A stretch of DNA of 64,000 bases from an uncultured Spirochaetota bacterium (GCA_963835575.1 CAWIGG010000004.1:480001-544000); one strand, 5' to 3'. Positions 47,800 through 58,350 are shown, numbered from the stretch's first letter. Translations and numbers: made by a program. The notes: generated by a model from the sequence alone, not told the origin.

Positions 47800-49501
47800 G
47801 ATAAACCTCTTTTCTGCCGCTTTCATCCGTTATTTTTACCGGGGGATTGTTTTCAAGGGGAATTTCTATAAAGAATGATGTGCCTTTTTCACTGCTTTCA
47901 AACCAGATATTCCCATTATGTTCGGAAATGATCCTCTCGGCAATGGCAAGGCCTATACCGCTTCCGTGTTTTTTTGTAGTGAAATAGGGCTCAAATATTT
48001 TATCCTGGATCTCATTTGGTATGCCCGGGCCTTTATCAATAATGGAAATAATGAGATTTTCCTCATTTTTATCCGCTTTAATTTTCACGAATTTTTCAGA
48101 ATTTTCGCTGGCTTCAATGGCATTATTAACAAGGTTAATGATCACCTGTTTTAACTGATTTTCGTCATAAGACATATATAATTCATTAAAAGAGAGGCTT
48201 TTATTGATTTGAAAAAGCGGATAAGCCCCTTGAAAGAAATCGACAAGTTCATTGAGCGTGGCGGCGATATTTTTCTTTTCCAGCTTCACATTAGGCAGAC
48301 GGGCAAATTTTGAGAATTCATTCACCAGGTTTTCCAGCCGTTTGGTCTCATTGATAATCGTTGAGGTTGTTTTATTGAGTATTTCCCCAAATTCCTTGGG
48401 TTTAAATTCATAAGCGTAGAGAAGCCTTTCGGTGGAAAGCTTTATGGGTGTCAGCGGATTTTTAACTTCATGGGCCAGCCTCCTGGCCATTTCCTGCCAG
48501 GCTTCTATTCTTTCCATTCTTTTTATCTGCTGGTAGGCGAATTTTAATTTTGTGGCCATTGAATTAAAATGATATGCTAGGTCCCCTATTTCATCATGGG
48601 ATTTTACATGGACTTTGTAATCGAGGTTTCTTTCCGCGATGATTTTAATGCCTTTGGCAATTTCTTCTATCGGGATGGTGATATTTTTAGCCACAAGCAG
48701 GCTGACAAAAAACACGCCGACAAGAATAGGGACTGCGAGTGTAAAAATTGAAAGGATGGATACAGGCAGAATATATTTTTTCATATGCCGCATCTTATTA
48801 AGTGAATCAAGGTTGTTATTAAGCGATTGAAAAGCTTCTGTTAACACGTTTTCCGTATAGATCGCGTAATAAACATTTTTCTTTTTAATTACTGTAATAT
48901 AATATATTTCGCCGGGATAATAGATGTTTTCTTTTTTACTGGAAAAGAAATTGATAATATTGTTTTTTGCGTCCATAATTGACTGCGAAAGAGATAAGGA
49001 TGTTTTTTTCCTGAAAACTATTCTTCCTTTATCAATCGTGAAAATAATCGGGAATGCGGAAGGATTACTTTCTGTGACCGAGGAAATATCTTTTTCATAA
49101 TCTTTTTTGTGGGCCCATATCATGTTTTTATAACTTTCCAGGAGGCTGTCCGCCACGCTTCTTTCACGGTCTATAAAAGTATTTTCTATAAGAAAGATCA
49201 GGAAAAACATCATACACCCGAATATGATAATAAAGCTCAGTGTAGAAAGAAGGAAGTAGGAAGTGATTTTTCCTCTTAATTTATAACCGCGAACGCCTTT
49301 TCTCTGAAAGAACAGGAGTTTGATGAAATTATAAAACAGCCACAATCCGAAAAATGACGCTAAAAAGAATATAATCGGCACCACAATTTTCAAGGTTAAA
49401 TTCGCCTGTATGGAAAAGAGCCACCGGTAAATGGCATAAGCGGATAATGAAGCAAGGATTGCAATAAGCGGGATGATGACATAATTCCATTTTTTATTCA
49501 T
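47789..49501 (-). CDS. NtrY-like HAMP sensor histidine kinase
   Basis: TMs, HAMP, AWQEMARRLAHEVKNPLTPI, NLVNNAIEA, DKGPG, GSGIGL. Confidence 0.9.
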   Translation of the reverse strand: MNKKWNYVIIPLIAILASLSAYAIYRWLFSIQANLTLKIVVPIIFFLASFFGLWLFYNFIKLLFFQRKGVRGYKLRGKITSYFLLSTLSFIIIFGCMMFFLIFLIENTFIDRERSVADSLLESYKNMIWAHKKDYEKDISSVTESNPSAFPIIFTIDKGRIVFRKKTSLSLSQSIMDAKNNIINFFSSKKENIYYPGEIYYITVIKKKNVYYAIYTENVLTEAFQSLNNNLDSLNKMRHMKKYILPVSILSIFTLAVPILVGVFFVSLLVAKNITIPIEEIAKGIKIIAERNLDYKVHVKSHDEIGDLAYHFNSMATKLKFAYQQIKRMERIEAWQEMARRLAHEVKNPLTPIKLSTERLLYAYEFKPKEFGEILNKTTSTIINETKRLENLVNEFSKFARLPNVKLEKKNIAATLNELVDFFQGAYPLFQINKSLSFNELYMSYDENQLKQVIINLVNNAIEASENSEKFVKIKADKNEENLIISIIDKGPGIPNEIQDKIFEPYFTTKKHGSGIGLAIAERIISEHNGNIWFESSEKGTSFFIEIPLENNPPVKITDESGRKEVYHEV

Positions 49502-50108
49502 TGATTATTCCATTTTTATTAAAATATTTTGACTGTAATTTTCCTGAAGTATAATTCCACCTCCCCATCAGGCTGTAAATAAAGCTGAGCGGAGGGAAAA
49601 GCTCCATGGATATAATCTCCTGTTTTGCGACTAAATAATAATGAGAATCCTCATCCAGAGAATCAATGGGAATAATTTTAACATTCTTTATGCTTGAAAC
49701 ATAATCTATCATGTCTAATATACCGGGGAACCATTTACTTTTCAATTCATTTTGATTTGATAGAATTGATTCAAAGCCGTTATTAATGATGTCTTTTTTA
49801 CATTTATATTCCATGTTAATATTGGTCAGAAGCATATCCGGGAAAAAAAGAGGGTTTTTTTTATATATATCAAATTCATAAATGATCTTAAGATTGATGC
49901 CGTCCTCAATAATTCTCTTCATATCAACATAATTCGTCGGATCTGAGCTGACTGATAGAATTAAAAAATTACCTTCAAAAGCTATTTTTGTTATTTTGAA
50001 TTCGGAAAAGGCCTTCGGCGGAATAGAAATGAAAAGAGGAATGATAAACAGGAATAAACTTTTAGCGATAAAATGGATCAGATCTTTACAGAGCATACTA
50101 TCATCCAT
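49494..50108 (-). CDS. Exported protein, DUF4390-like (start uncertain)
   Basis: Lies directly upstream of the NtrY-like kinase; IEDGI.L.I.Y and LFPPLSFI patterns. Confidence 0.55.
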   Translation of the reverse strand: MDDSMLCKDLIHFIAKSLFLFIIPLFISIPPKAFSEFKITKIAFEGNFLILSVSSDPTNYVDMKRIIEDGINLKIIYEFDIYKKNPLFFPDMLLTNINMEYKCKKDIINNGFESILSNQNELKSKWFPGILDMIDYVSSIKNVKIIPIDSLDEDSHYYLVAKQEIISMELFPPLSFIYSLMGRWNYTSGKLQSKYFNKNGIINE

Positions 50109-50593
50109 TCTCTGGGGCTGACATGAAATGAAATATTATTGAGGCTTTTTTCTATTTCCTTATTAAGGTCGACGGCATAATTATAAGCGTCATAAATACT
50201 ATAAGCTTTGAGGCCGGTATAAACTAAAATAGAGGCGCATAAAAGCACTTTGTCTGTATTATCCATACTGAAAAAACTTATGGATGAATTGGAATAAGTG
50301 TTCTGGAATTTCAGCATCATTGCGAAATTGAGAACATGGTAAAGTGTTTCACCGAAAAACAGGATTGATCCTGTGGTATACTGCCGGTTATAAAACTGGC
50401 CTACACCCGAGTAAATAAGTGAAAACATGGCTGAAGCGAAGGGATCTTTTTTTTCAGAAATCAGGTTTATTGTTTTTTCTTTCAATAATATACTATTCTG
50501 GGATGAATTGTTTTCTTCCGGAAAAAAGGATACTTTTGCTGTAAAAATGATAAAGAGGGTTAAAATTACACAAAAACATCTGGACATTTTCAT
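50078..50593 (-). CDS. Membrane hypothetical protein (KDP..A..FS....GVGQFYN motif)
   Basis: TM2/DUF5683-like motif; similar to the neighbouring gene. Confidence 0.6.
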   Translation of the reverse strand: MKMSRCFCVILTLFIIFTAKVSFFPEENNSSQNSILLKEKTINLISEKKDPFASAMFSLIYSGVGQFYNRQYTTGSILFFGETLYHVLNFAMMLKFQNTYSNSSISFFSMDNTDKVLLCASILVYTGLKAYSIYDAYNYAVDLNKEIEKSLNNISFHVSPREWMIVCSVKI

Positions 50594-50600
50594 TTCCTTT

Positions 50601-51044
50601 TTAAAATTGATATTGATAACAAAGGCTGACCGTATCCTTATTTATGTCAAAGCCGATCGAAGTATTCTGGTCAAATGCCGCGTCAACTATATTGTAGATA
50701 TACAAAAGAGAGTAGGTTATTCCCAGGCCGATACTCCAGAAAAGACTGTTTTTATCAATGTCGGTCCGCAGACGGAACCGGGGAGGCGACGTCCAGATTG
50801 TCGATAAGTCAATATCGCAGAAGCTTGAAAAAAAGCCGTACGCGAGAATTGTTGAAGAACTCCATATGACTATACCTTTTACCAGCTGGCCGGAATATAT
50901 CTGCCCGGTTCCGGGACAGACAACCGAAAGAAGAATGGCTAGGGGTTTGTTCCTGACCGGGCTTGTTTCCTCAGAAAACAATGGATTTTGTAAAAAAAGA
51001 AAAGAAAAATAGAAGAAAGATATAAAGACTTTTTTAATCTTCAT
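50601..51044 (-). CDS. Membrane hypothetical protein (KP.AILLS..CPG.GQIY motif)
   Basis: TM2/DUF5683-like motif, YNIVDA. Confidence 0.6.
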   Translation of the reverse strand: MKIKKVFISFFYFSFLFLQNPLFSEETSPVRNKPLAILLSVVCPGTGQIYSGQLVKGIVIWSSSTILAYGFFSSFCDIDLSTIWTSPPRFRLRTDIDKNSLFWSIGLGITYSLLYIYNIVDAAFDQNTSIGFDINKDTVSLCYQYQF

Positions 51045-51303
51045 CGAATTTTCTGATCTCCACCAGCTCTTTTAATGCCTCAAGAGCTTTTTCTTCATCC
51101 TCCCCGCTGGCAATTATGCTTAAAATAACGCCTTTACCCGCGGCTAAAAGAAGCAAATTCATAATGCTTTTACAGTTCACTTCGCTGTCATCTTTTATTA
51201 CTTTAATATCGCATTTAAATTGGCTTGCCAGATTAGCCATCAGTGAAGAAGGACGGGCATGAAGACCATATTCATTTTTAATCTGAACCTTTATTTCTTT
51301 CAT
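51034..51303 (-). CDS. ptsH: Phosphocarrier protein HPr
   Basis: GLHARP (His15), KSIMNLL (Ser46), ASGEDE. Confidence 0.95.
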   Translation of the reverse strand: MKEIKVQIKNEYGLHARPSSLMANLASQFKCDIKVIKDDSEVNCKSIMNLLLLAAGKGVILSIIASGEDEEKALEALKELVEIRKFDED

Positions 51304-51355
51304 TCTTTAACTTAACCTCTGAGCATACTACTTAATTTTATATTATTTTAGCAAT

Positions 51356-52336
51356 TTATACAACTTCTTTTTCCTTTTTCATAAAACTTTGTATTTTCTG
51401 GTCGAGCTCCTGGGCCGAATTAAAACCCAGTTTTCTCATTACTTCCCGGTAGGCGGCCACTTCGATCAGGAGCGGTATATTCCGGCCGGGGCTGACCGGG
51501 ATTTCTTTTCTGGGGATTTCGATGCCCAGTATATTATCATACTTTTCTTCCATGCCCAGCCTGTCATAACCGTAGGTGCTGTCCCATTCATGCAGGTCTA
51601 TAATCAATTCCAGCCTTTCTGATTTTAATATTCTGCCTTCGCCGTAATACTGAGAAACGTTGATAATCCCGATCCCTCTTATCTCAAGGTAAGGGCCGTA
51701 GTTCAGGTACGGTTCTCCTTTTAATTCAAATCCATGCGCGGTCCGTATTTTTTTTATTTTCACAATATCATCACAGATAAATTTATGGCCTCTTTCCACA
51801 AGTCCCAGTACGCTTTCACTCTTGCCGATGCCGCTTTTCCCTGTTATCAGGACTCCCACATTATAGATTGACATAAAATTGCCATGGATGGTGACAAACG
51901 GGGCAAATACTTCAGCCAGTATTGTTGAAATGAGGGCTATAAAGCGCCTGGACGAAAGCTTGGTTTTAAAAAACGGTATGGCTTTAGCGTTACTTTTTTG
52001 AATAATGTAGTCCGGTATTGAAAAGTTATGCGTCACAATACAGACGGGAATGTCATAATTGAAAAACTCATCTATATTCTCGGTGTTTTTTTCATTAACC
52101 AGCTTTTCAACATAGGCAATTTCACCCCTTCCGAAGATCTGAATTCTCCTGCTGGCAAAACAATCGAAAAAGCCTGCTAAAGGAAGGCCCGGCCTGTTGA
52201 TTTCCTCGCTGATTATTTTCTTGTTCAACCCGTCTTCACCGCCGACCATTTCAAGACCGAGCGAGTTATTCTGTTCCTTATCGATATCCAGAAGTTGTGA
52301 TACGGGAATACTTGAGGTACTGGATTTATCATCCAT
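51356..52336 (-). CDS. hprK: HPr kinase/phosphorylase
   Basis: NRPGL.LAGFF, GVLITGKSGIGKSE, DD, LEIRGIGIIN, PVSPGRN. Confidence 0.96.
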   Translation of the reverse strand: MDDKSSTSSIPVSQLLDIDKEQNNSLGLEMVGGEDGLNKKIISEEINRPGLPLAGFFDCFASRRIQIFGRGEIAYVEKLVNEKNTENIDEFFNYDIPVCIVTHNFSIPDYIIQKSNAKAIPFFKTKLSSRRFIALISTILAEVFAPFVTIHGNFMSIYNVGVLITGKSGIGKSESVLGLVERGHKFICDDIVKIKKIRTAHGFELKGEPYLNYGPYLEIRGIGIINVSQYYGEGRILKSERLELIIDLHEWDSTYGYDRLGMEEKYDNILGIEIPRKEIPVSPGRNIPLLIEVAAYREVMRKLGFNSAQELDQKIQSFMKKEKEVV

Positions 52337-52348
52337 AATGATACCGCT

Positions 52349-52654
52349 TTATTTGTGATGATCGGTCAAGCGATCCTTTTTCTTTTTGATTTCTTTTTCA
52401 ATTTTATCCGTGACTTTATCAAAAGATTCCTGCCAGGTCGAACCCAGGTCTTTGGCGAAATATATATCGCGGTTTGCCGCCACTTTGAGTTCTGTAAGAT
52501 ATTGCCCTCTCTGCAGGCCGATGATCGCGGTAATATTCAAAATCTGCTGATAGTAAAACTTGATTTTCTGGAGCCTTTTTTCCAGATAATCTTTCATTTC
52601 ATCATTGATTTCAATATGCTTTCCTGTATAAGACACAATCATAGTTTCCTCCAA
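52349..52654 (-). CDS. hpf: Ribosome hibernation factor (short HPF/RaiA)
   Basis: TGKHIEINDEMKDYLEKRL.K, SFDKVTDKIEKEIKKKK.R. Confidence 0.85.
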   Translation of the reverse strand: MEETMIVSYTGKHIEINDEMKDYLEKRLQKIKFYYQQILNITAIIGLQRGQYLTELKVAANRDIYFAKDLGSTWQESFDKVTDKIEKEIKKKKDRLTDHHK

Positions 52655-52663
52655 GTTAATATA

Positions 52664-53467
52664 TCATTTGTTCAAAAATCCTTCTTTGATCTTTTCCAGC
52701 TTGCCTCTGAGTATCATGATCGCTTTTGTGTGCAGCTGGGATACTCTTGATTCTGTGACATTAAGAATTGTCCCGATTTCCTTTAATGTAAGACCCTCAT
52801 AATAATAAAGTATCAAAACCTGCTTTTCTCTTTCCGGAAGGTCCATCAGACAGCGGGCTATCATTTTCTTTATTTCTTCCTTTTCAGCCGCGACATCCGG
52901 ATTGTACGTGTCGGAACTTTCCAGAGTGTCTTCTATGGACATCGGGGCGTTATCTCCGCCGTCATTGATGTACCAGTTTTCATCCATCGAAACAAGGGAA
53001 TTGCCGCTGACACGGAGCAGCAGATTATGGAATTCCTGAATGGAAACCCCGAGCGCCTCTGCTATTTCCTCATCATTGGCTGAACGGCCCAATTTGGCCT
53101 CCAGGTCGGCTATAGTCCGCTCAATCTCCTTTGCTTTCTGGCGTACTGAACGGGGAAGCCAGTCTATAGCCCTTAACTGGTCAAATATTGACCCTCTGAT
53201 TCTGGTTACAGCGTATGTTTTAAATTTGATCTCTCTTTTGGGATCGAATTTATCTATAGCATCTATCAGTCCGAGAACTCCGTAGCTTACTAAATCAAAA
53301 AACTCAACGGAACTCGGGACATTCATAGCAACTCTTCCTGCCACATATTTTACCAAAGGAGCATATTTTTCGATAAAATAATTCCTTAACTTCTGATTAT
53401 GAGTTTTAACATATTCTTCCCAGAGTTCTTCTTCAGAAAGATGGTCAAACTCTTCATAACCTCTCAT
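52664..53467 (-). CDS. fliA: RNA polymerase sigma-28 factor (FliA/WhiG)
   Basis: YAPLVKYVAGR, FKTYAVTRIRGSIFDQLRAIDWLPRSVR, LYYYEGLTLKEIG..LNVTESRVSQLHTKA. Confidence 0.95.
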   Translation of the reverse strand: MRGYEEFDHLSEEELWEEYVKTHNQKLRNYFIEKYAPLVKYVAGRVAMNVPSSVEFFDLVSYGVLGLIDAIDKFDPKREIKFKTYAVTRIRGSIFDQLRAIDWLPRSVRQKAKEIERTIADLEAKLGRSANDEEIAEALGVSIQEFHNLLLRVSGNSLVSMDENWYINDGGDNAPMSIEDTLESSDTYNPDVAAEKEEIKKMIARCLMDLPEREKQVLILYYYEGLTLKEIGTILNVTESRVSQLHTKAIMILRGKLEKIKEGFLNK

Positions 53468-53572
53468 AATATTTCTCCCTCAGCTTAACTAACTAATTTT
53501 AATTAATATAATAAAATAGCATACAATTATAAACCATTTCCTTTTTTTTTACAAAAAACCTCCTCTTTTATA

Positions 53573-54688
53573 TCAACTGATAAGCCATAAAAAGATAAGT
53601 AAAACAAAAGCTAGGCTGGCTGCTATTATCAGAATGATACTATAAACACTCACCTTTTTTCCTCTATCGGCAGCGTCATTTGCAAGTTGGTCCTGGTTTG
53701 TCAGGGATTGTCCCAGATAATCCTCTATATGATAACCCGGCTGTTCCGGGACAGGATTTTGAGGGACGGCAGTTTCACCTTTACGGTGCTGATGTTTTTT
53801 TACCTGAACTCTTATTTTTTCTCCGATCATAAAACGGCCGTAGATGCCGGGAGCAAATTCTATAATAACTAAATTGCTCATTAAATTGGGAGCTTTTTGA
53901 TTATAAACAATCCTGCCGTAAAGTGTGCCGGGAGATAAAGCTGACGTATCAATAAATCCTAATATGAAATTTACAATTTCCCTGCTGTCCACTATTTTAA
54001 CAAGCAGTTCGTCATAAATTTCCATTTTTTCCAAATCGACCCCGCCCAGAGGCGCCAAAACAGGTTCAACTTTTATATTCAGGAGCGTAATTAAATTCAT
54101 TTTGAGCTGAGATTGAACCTTCATGCCGACCCGGGTCGCTTTTAAAAATGTTGTAAAGTGAAAGATGTTGGTTTGTTCGTTTATCATTTTAAGGATGATG
54201 CCTGAGTCCGCAAAAACCTTGCTGAGTTCGCTTAAGATAAATCTTTTTATATTAACAAGATCAATAGTATGAGTATCTGTGAAAAAAGTGGCAAGGTAGT
54301 TTGCATTATCAGCCGATAGAATCTGTGACTCGGATTTCGAGGCCATTTCAACATCGGATTCGGGTTCTGTCAGATACTCAAGCATAATACTGAAAATATC
54401 GCCCCAGGAATTTTCAATTTTGATTTTAGTAAGGCTTGGGTTGTTGGACACAACGCAGAACATATATTCGGGAATACGCGTCTGAAAATTAAAAAATAAA
54501 AGGAATGCGCCGCTGTACATTTTTTTATTAGATATGAATTTAGCTTTGAGGACCACAATATCCTTTTCTGAAGATTCAATTATCTTTATAGCGGCTTCCA
54601 GATCAGTCTTGGTGAAATTAAGAAGATCTCTTGCAAAATCCTGAGGAATGCCATAATTATTTATGAGTATTTCAGCTTCTAAGGCCAT
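53573..54688 (-). CDS. Hypothetical protein with C-terminal TM anchor
   Basis: 371-aa ORF, GGGAG RBS, hydrophobic C-terminus. Confidence 0.7.
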   Translation of the reverse strand: MALEAEILINNYGIPQDFARDLLNFTKTDLEAAIKIIESSEKDIVVLKAKFISNKKMYSGAFLLFFNFQTRIPEYMFCVVSNNPSLTKIKIENSWGDIFSIMLEYLTEPESDVEMASKSESQILSADNANYLATFFTDTHTIDLVNIKRFILSELSKVFADSGIILKMINEQTNIFHFTTFLKATRVGMKVQSQLKMNLITLLNIKVEPVLAPLGGVDLEKMEIYDELLVKIVDSREIVNFILGFIDTSALSPGTLYGRIVYNQKAPNLMSNLVIIEFAPGIYGRFMIGEKIRVQVKKHQHRKGETAVPQNPVPEQPGYHIEDYLGQSLTNQDQLANDAADRGKKVSVYSIILIIAASLAFVLLIFLWLIS

Positions 54689-54697
54689 AGAAACTCC

Positions 54698-55441
54698 CTA
54701 ATCTTTATGCAAAATTGTCCTTATAGCCTTGGCTACTATTGCAGGATCGGCATTAATAACCTTGTTTTTCAGCCTGAATGATACGGCTTTATCTTGAGAA
54801 GAAGCGCCTAAACGGCCCTGTTTTTTAAGATCTTCTTCTCTGCCGGCTTCTCCCAGGCTGCTGGTCTCTTCGCTCAGATTTGATGATCTGTCAATTTCTG
54901 AATTTTCAATATTAACTGAATCGGGCTCTATTGATGAATCCCTGCCGTAGCCGGTTTTAAAATTTTCTTCATTTTGAGTGTTTACAGTATCATCTATAGA
55001 ATGCGGCATTTCATTGTTCGGATAATCGGTTTCTTGAAGATATGGTTCAGACTGGCTCTGTGAAGGAGGGATTGTTTCTTCCGGAGTATTATTTGTATCT
55101 TCTCCGGCGGCATTTTTATAAAGGTCCTGATATGCCGATTCGGGATTTACGGCAGTTTCATCGGTTACATCAATTTTATAATTGAGCGGCTGTTCCGGGA
55201 TTTTACCTTTCGGGCCGGCTTCGGTAAATAGAAACAAAGAATCATACTCTACCTGCGAAAGGGTGCGCTTGAGAAAGAAATCCAGTCCCGCTCCGATCCC
55301 CCCCATTAAGAATCCCCCGATGATTGTCTTTGCCGCAATCAGCAGAATAGAAGTTCCTGAAAATACACTCAATAATAATGAGAAAGCGATTCCAAAAAGC
55401 CCAAAAAATAGAATAATTTTACTTTTTAATATGTTCTGCAT
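54698..55441 (-). CDS. Hypothetical protein: two TMs, acidic disordered linker, DPA.VAKAIRTIL C-terminal motif
   Basis: 247-aa ORF in the operon upstream of fliA. Confidence 0.7.
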   Translation of the reverse strand: MQNILKSKIILFFGLFGIAFSLLLSVFSGTSILLIAAKTIIGGFLMGGIGAGLDFFLKRTLSQVEYDSLFLFTEAGPKGKIPEQPLNYKIDVTDETAVNPESAYQDLYKNAAGEDTNNTPEETIPPSQSQSEPYLQETDYPNNEMPHSIDDTVNTQNEENFKTGYGRDSSIEPDSVNIENSEIDRSSNLSEETSSLGEAGREEDLKKQGRLGASSQDKAVSFRLKNKVINADPAIVAKAIRTILHKD

Positions 55442-55919
55442 AAAATATCCTACCGTGGCAAAAAATGAAATTATTAATTAAAAGACCATTAGCGTAGTTT
55501 GGGCTTCTGCGATCATGGCATCTACTCTATTATTATATGGGAGATTAATAAAAAGTCAATTTTTATGACTATGGAGGGTGTTATTTTGTGAGACAAAAAA
55601 TCCTGTTACTCATAATTTTGTTAATTCTTATAAGCGGTCTTCATTTTTTACTCAATTTAAAGTATTCCGTAATAACTATAAGATTGAGTATATACCTGCA
55701 GGAAGTTATTATTGCCTTTACATTATCTATAGGCGGTTTAATTCTTCAAACCCTGCTGCTCAATCCGCTTGCCGAACCTTATATTCTCGGTGTTTAAAGC
55801 GCATCAACTTTCGGGGCTGTCATAGCGCTTTTTCTTTCCCTATCCCCGCTTTTGATTTTCAGGACTTTATTTGCCGTTATCGGCTCTTTCCTTCTGACAG
55901 GATTCATTTTTTATCTCAG

Positions 55920-57595
55920 CTTGCCTGTCGGTTATTTCATTTTCGGAGTCAAACCAGCCCCTTACAATAAGCGGGCAAATAAAAATTTTGTCAGCTTAGC
56001 TGATTTTAATAATAAATTTCGAATAATCGATACTCAGACTATACAAAATCCTCTCTATTTTCTCAAATATTGGGCATATTTCATAAAATTATGCGCAAGG
56101 GATACCCAGCATAGCTCCAAATTCACTTTCCGTTGACCTCTGTAAACTGTCTGAACATAACCCTTCTGTGTTTTGATGTTTGAAAATACGTGTTCTTTAC
56201 CTATCCTGCGGTTGTATATCTTTTGCCCTTCTTCGCTGTAAAGTTTTGTTAAATAAGCATCAATCTTAGACCGATTATTCAATTCAAACTCACTGAAAAT
56301 TACTGTCTTTTGCTGTGTTTTCGGTTTGATGTTTTTATAACACTCACTGAAAAATGGACATCTTTCACAGCCCTTCCGTGAATACAAAAATGTATATCTT
56401 TGGTTATTTCGATCTAAATACCCATTTTCCTTACGGCCGCCCCGGCATCCCAGGATATATTCGTCATCAATCTTTTCCAGTTTAAAGTCTCTTCGCTTCT
56501 GTGATTTATCACTGAAATCCCGCTCTTTCGTATCCACATAAAGGTCTTTTCCTTCCTCCACCATCCGGATTGTCTCTTCCATGTCCTGAAAACCCGAATC
56601 AAAAAGGTATTTGCTAGCCTTATCAACTTTTAATTCCGCTTTTTTCTGTTCCACCCTCTTTACCATTTCTTCCGTATGCTGTTTTTCCGGTGTTGTGATT
56701 GCTTCAAAATCTATAATCACATCATTATTACTGACCATCATCGCCGAATTATATCCCTGTATAAACACACTATGCGGATTTCCAGACATCAGCTTGCTTT
56801 CGGGATCAGTCAGGTTGGTGAATTCTTCGTCTGTCTTTTCCCCTCTCTCTACCTGTTTTTTGTATTCATCGATTTGGTTCAAAACACTATCGTAAATCTT
56901 TTTCCGCCTTGATACCCGCTTCTTCTCCGCTTCGTAATAAGGCTGCTCCAGCTTGCCTTCCCGGTAAGATTCTTCCAGTTCCAGGTCTTGTTTCACAATC
57001 TTTTCCGCCATCTTCTGGTAAGTGTCCATCAGCTTCCGGGTATGTTTCTTTCCCACATTCTTATTCTTACTCGCGTAGGCCTTGATCTTTGTGCCGTCAC
57101 CCACTACCATGTCCCAATCTATAGACCCCATTTCGTTGAGTATATATAAAAGCTGGCTGAACAACTCCTCGATCTTTTCCTGAAAAAGTACCTTGAACTC
57201 GCAAATTACCGAATGGTCAATTTTCAGCCGGTTTGAAACATACATAAACCCAATGTGTTTTTTCAGCAAATCTTCTATCTTTCGGCTGATACGATTTCCC
57301 GTAATGTAACCGTAGAGTACCGCACAGATCACATCCCGAGGATTTTTAATCTCTCTGCCTCTATGGTCGTTCTTATAGTAAGCCGCGAAATCCTCCAGTT
57401 TAATACGGTTTTTGATGAATTCTTTTAGTATAAATTCTCTGGAATTCTCATCAAACTGCTCGCCTATATTGATCGCGAGGAACTCACCCTGCTCCAGGCT
57501 GTTCTTTTCAAATCTTGCCATCTTTTTCTCCCGTTTTATTTTAACGGGAACCCTGCCGTATGTCCATGAAGCATGTTATAAAAACCGACAGGCAA
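55920..57595 (-). mobile_element. IS1182-family insertion sequence, copy 2 (1,676 bp, inverted)
   Basis: Same TIRs and transposase as copy 1; flanked by CAG...CAG. Confidence 0.92.
56055..57521 (-). CDS. IS1182-family DDE transposase
   Basis: Translation matches 13241-14707. Confidence 0.9.
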   Translation of the reverse strand: MARFEKNSLEQGEFLAINIGEQFDENSREFILKEFIKNRIKLEDFAAYYKNDHRGREIKNPRDVICAVLYGYITGNRISRKIEDLLKKHIGFMYVSNRLKIDHSVICEFKVLFQEKIEELFSQLLYILNEMGSIDWDMVVGDGTKIKAYASKNKNVGKKHTRKLMDTYQKMAEKIVKQDLELEESYREGKLEQPYYEAEKKRVSRRKKIYDSVLNQIDEYKKQVERGEKTDEEFTNLTDPESKLMSGNPHSVFIQGYNSAMMVSNNDVIIDFEAITTPEKQHTEEMVKRVEQKKAELKVDKASKYLFDSGFQDMEETIRMVEEGKDLYVDTKERDFSDKSQKRRDFKLEKIDDEYILGCRGGRKENGYLDRNNQRYTFLYSRKGCERCPFFSECYKNIKPKTQQKTVIFSEFELNNRSKIDAYLTKLYSEEGQKIYNRRIGKEHVFSNIKTQKGYVQTVYRGQRKVNLELCWVSLAHNFMKYAQYLRK

Positions 57596-58350
57596 CAGCA
57601 GGAAAAAGTATTCTTTTTCAATCAGTGTCGCTCTTCTGGCGGGGGTAAGCCTGAATGCCTTTTTTTCTTCTCTTATAATACTATTGCAGGGCTTTCTTCT
57701 TCCGAATGATTGGGCGGTTTCAATCCGCTGGATCATGGGAAATATCGATTATATTTCTTATCCGGAAATCATTCTTTTATCTCTGGCTTTATTGATTGAG
57801 CAGATCTTTCTTATCGTTTTTCATAAGGAACTGGATATTTATCTGACGGGTGAAGAAATGGCCCAATCGGTTGGCGTCAATGTTCAAAAACTGAAACGCT
57901 GGGGTTTTATCACGGTAAGTCTGGCGATGGGTTTGATATCCGGCGAGGCCGGTATGCTTGGTTTTATCGGTCTGGTAGTTCCTCAAATGGTAAAGTTTAA
58001 TTTTCATTCAAATCATAAAAATTCCATATTGCCGATATTTTTACTCAGTTCCGTTTTTTTAGTCGGATCGGGCATCATATCTAAAAATCTGCTCCAGGGA
58101 GCCTCTCTTCCTTTAGGGGTAATCAACTCCATGGTTTCAGCGCCGTTTTTTATTTATATTCTCATTAAGAATTATAAGGGTTTTTAATCTTATTATAATT
58201 GATTATTTTGCATTATTTTTAAAATAATCTTATGCTTTTAACAGATGGGAGCCTTGATATTTATGATAAAGATGATATCATATATTGAGACTCTCAAAAA
58301 GAAAAACAACCTGAGTTGAACGATTTATTTCTTTTTTATGTATAGCATTT

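Larger units (their letters stand above)
55588..58187 (+). pseudogene. FecCD/BtuC-family ABC permease pseudogene (nonsense codon plus IS insertion)
   Basis: GLILQTLLLNPLAEPYILGV*SAS (TAA 55795-55797), IS at 55920-57595, then LLAGVSLNA...GEEMAQSVGVNV...GFIGLVVP...LPLGVI...APFF. Reconstructs to ~306 aa. Confidence 0.88.

Noticed and set aside
13167..57595. Composite transposon formed by the two IS1182 copies
   Set aside because: Each copy has its own target duplication and interrupts a separately reconstructable gene, so they are independent insertions around housekeeping DNA.
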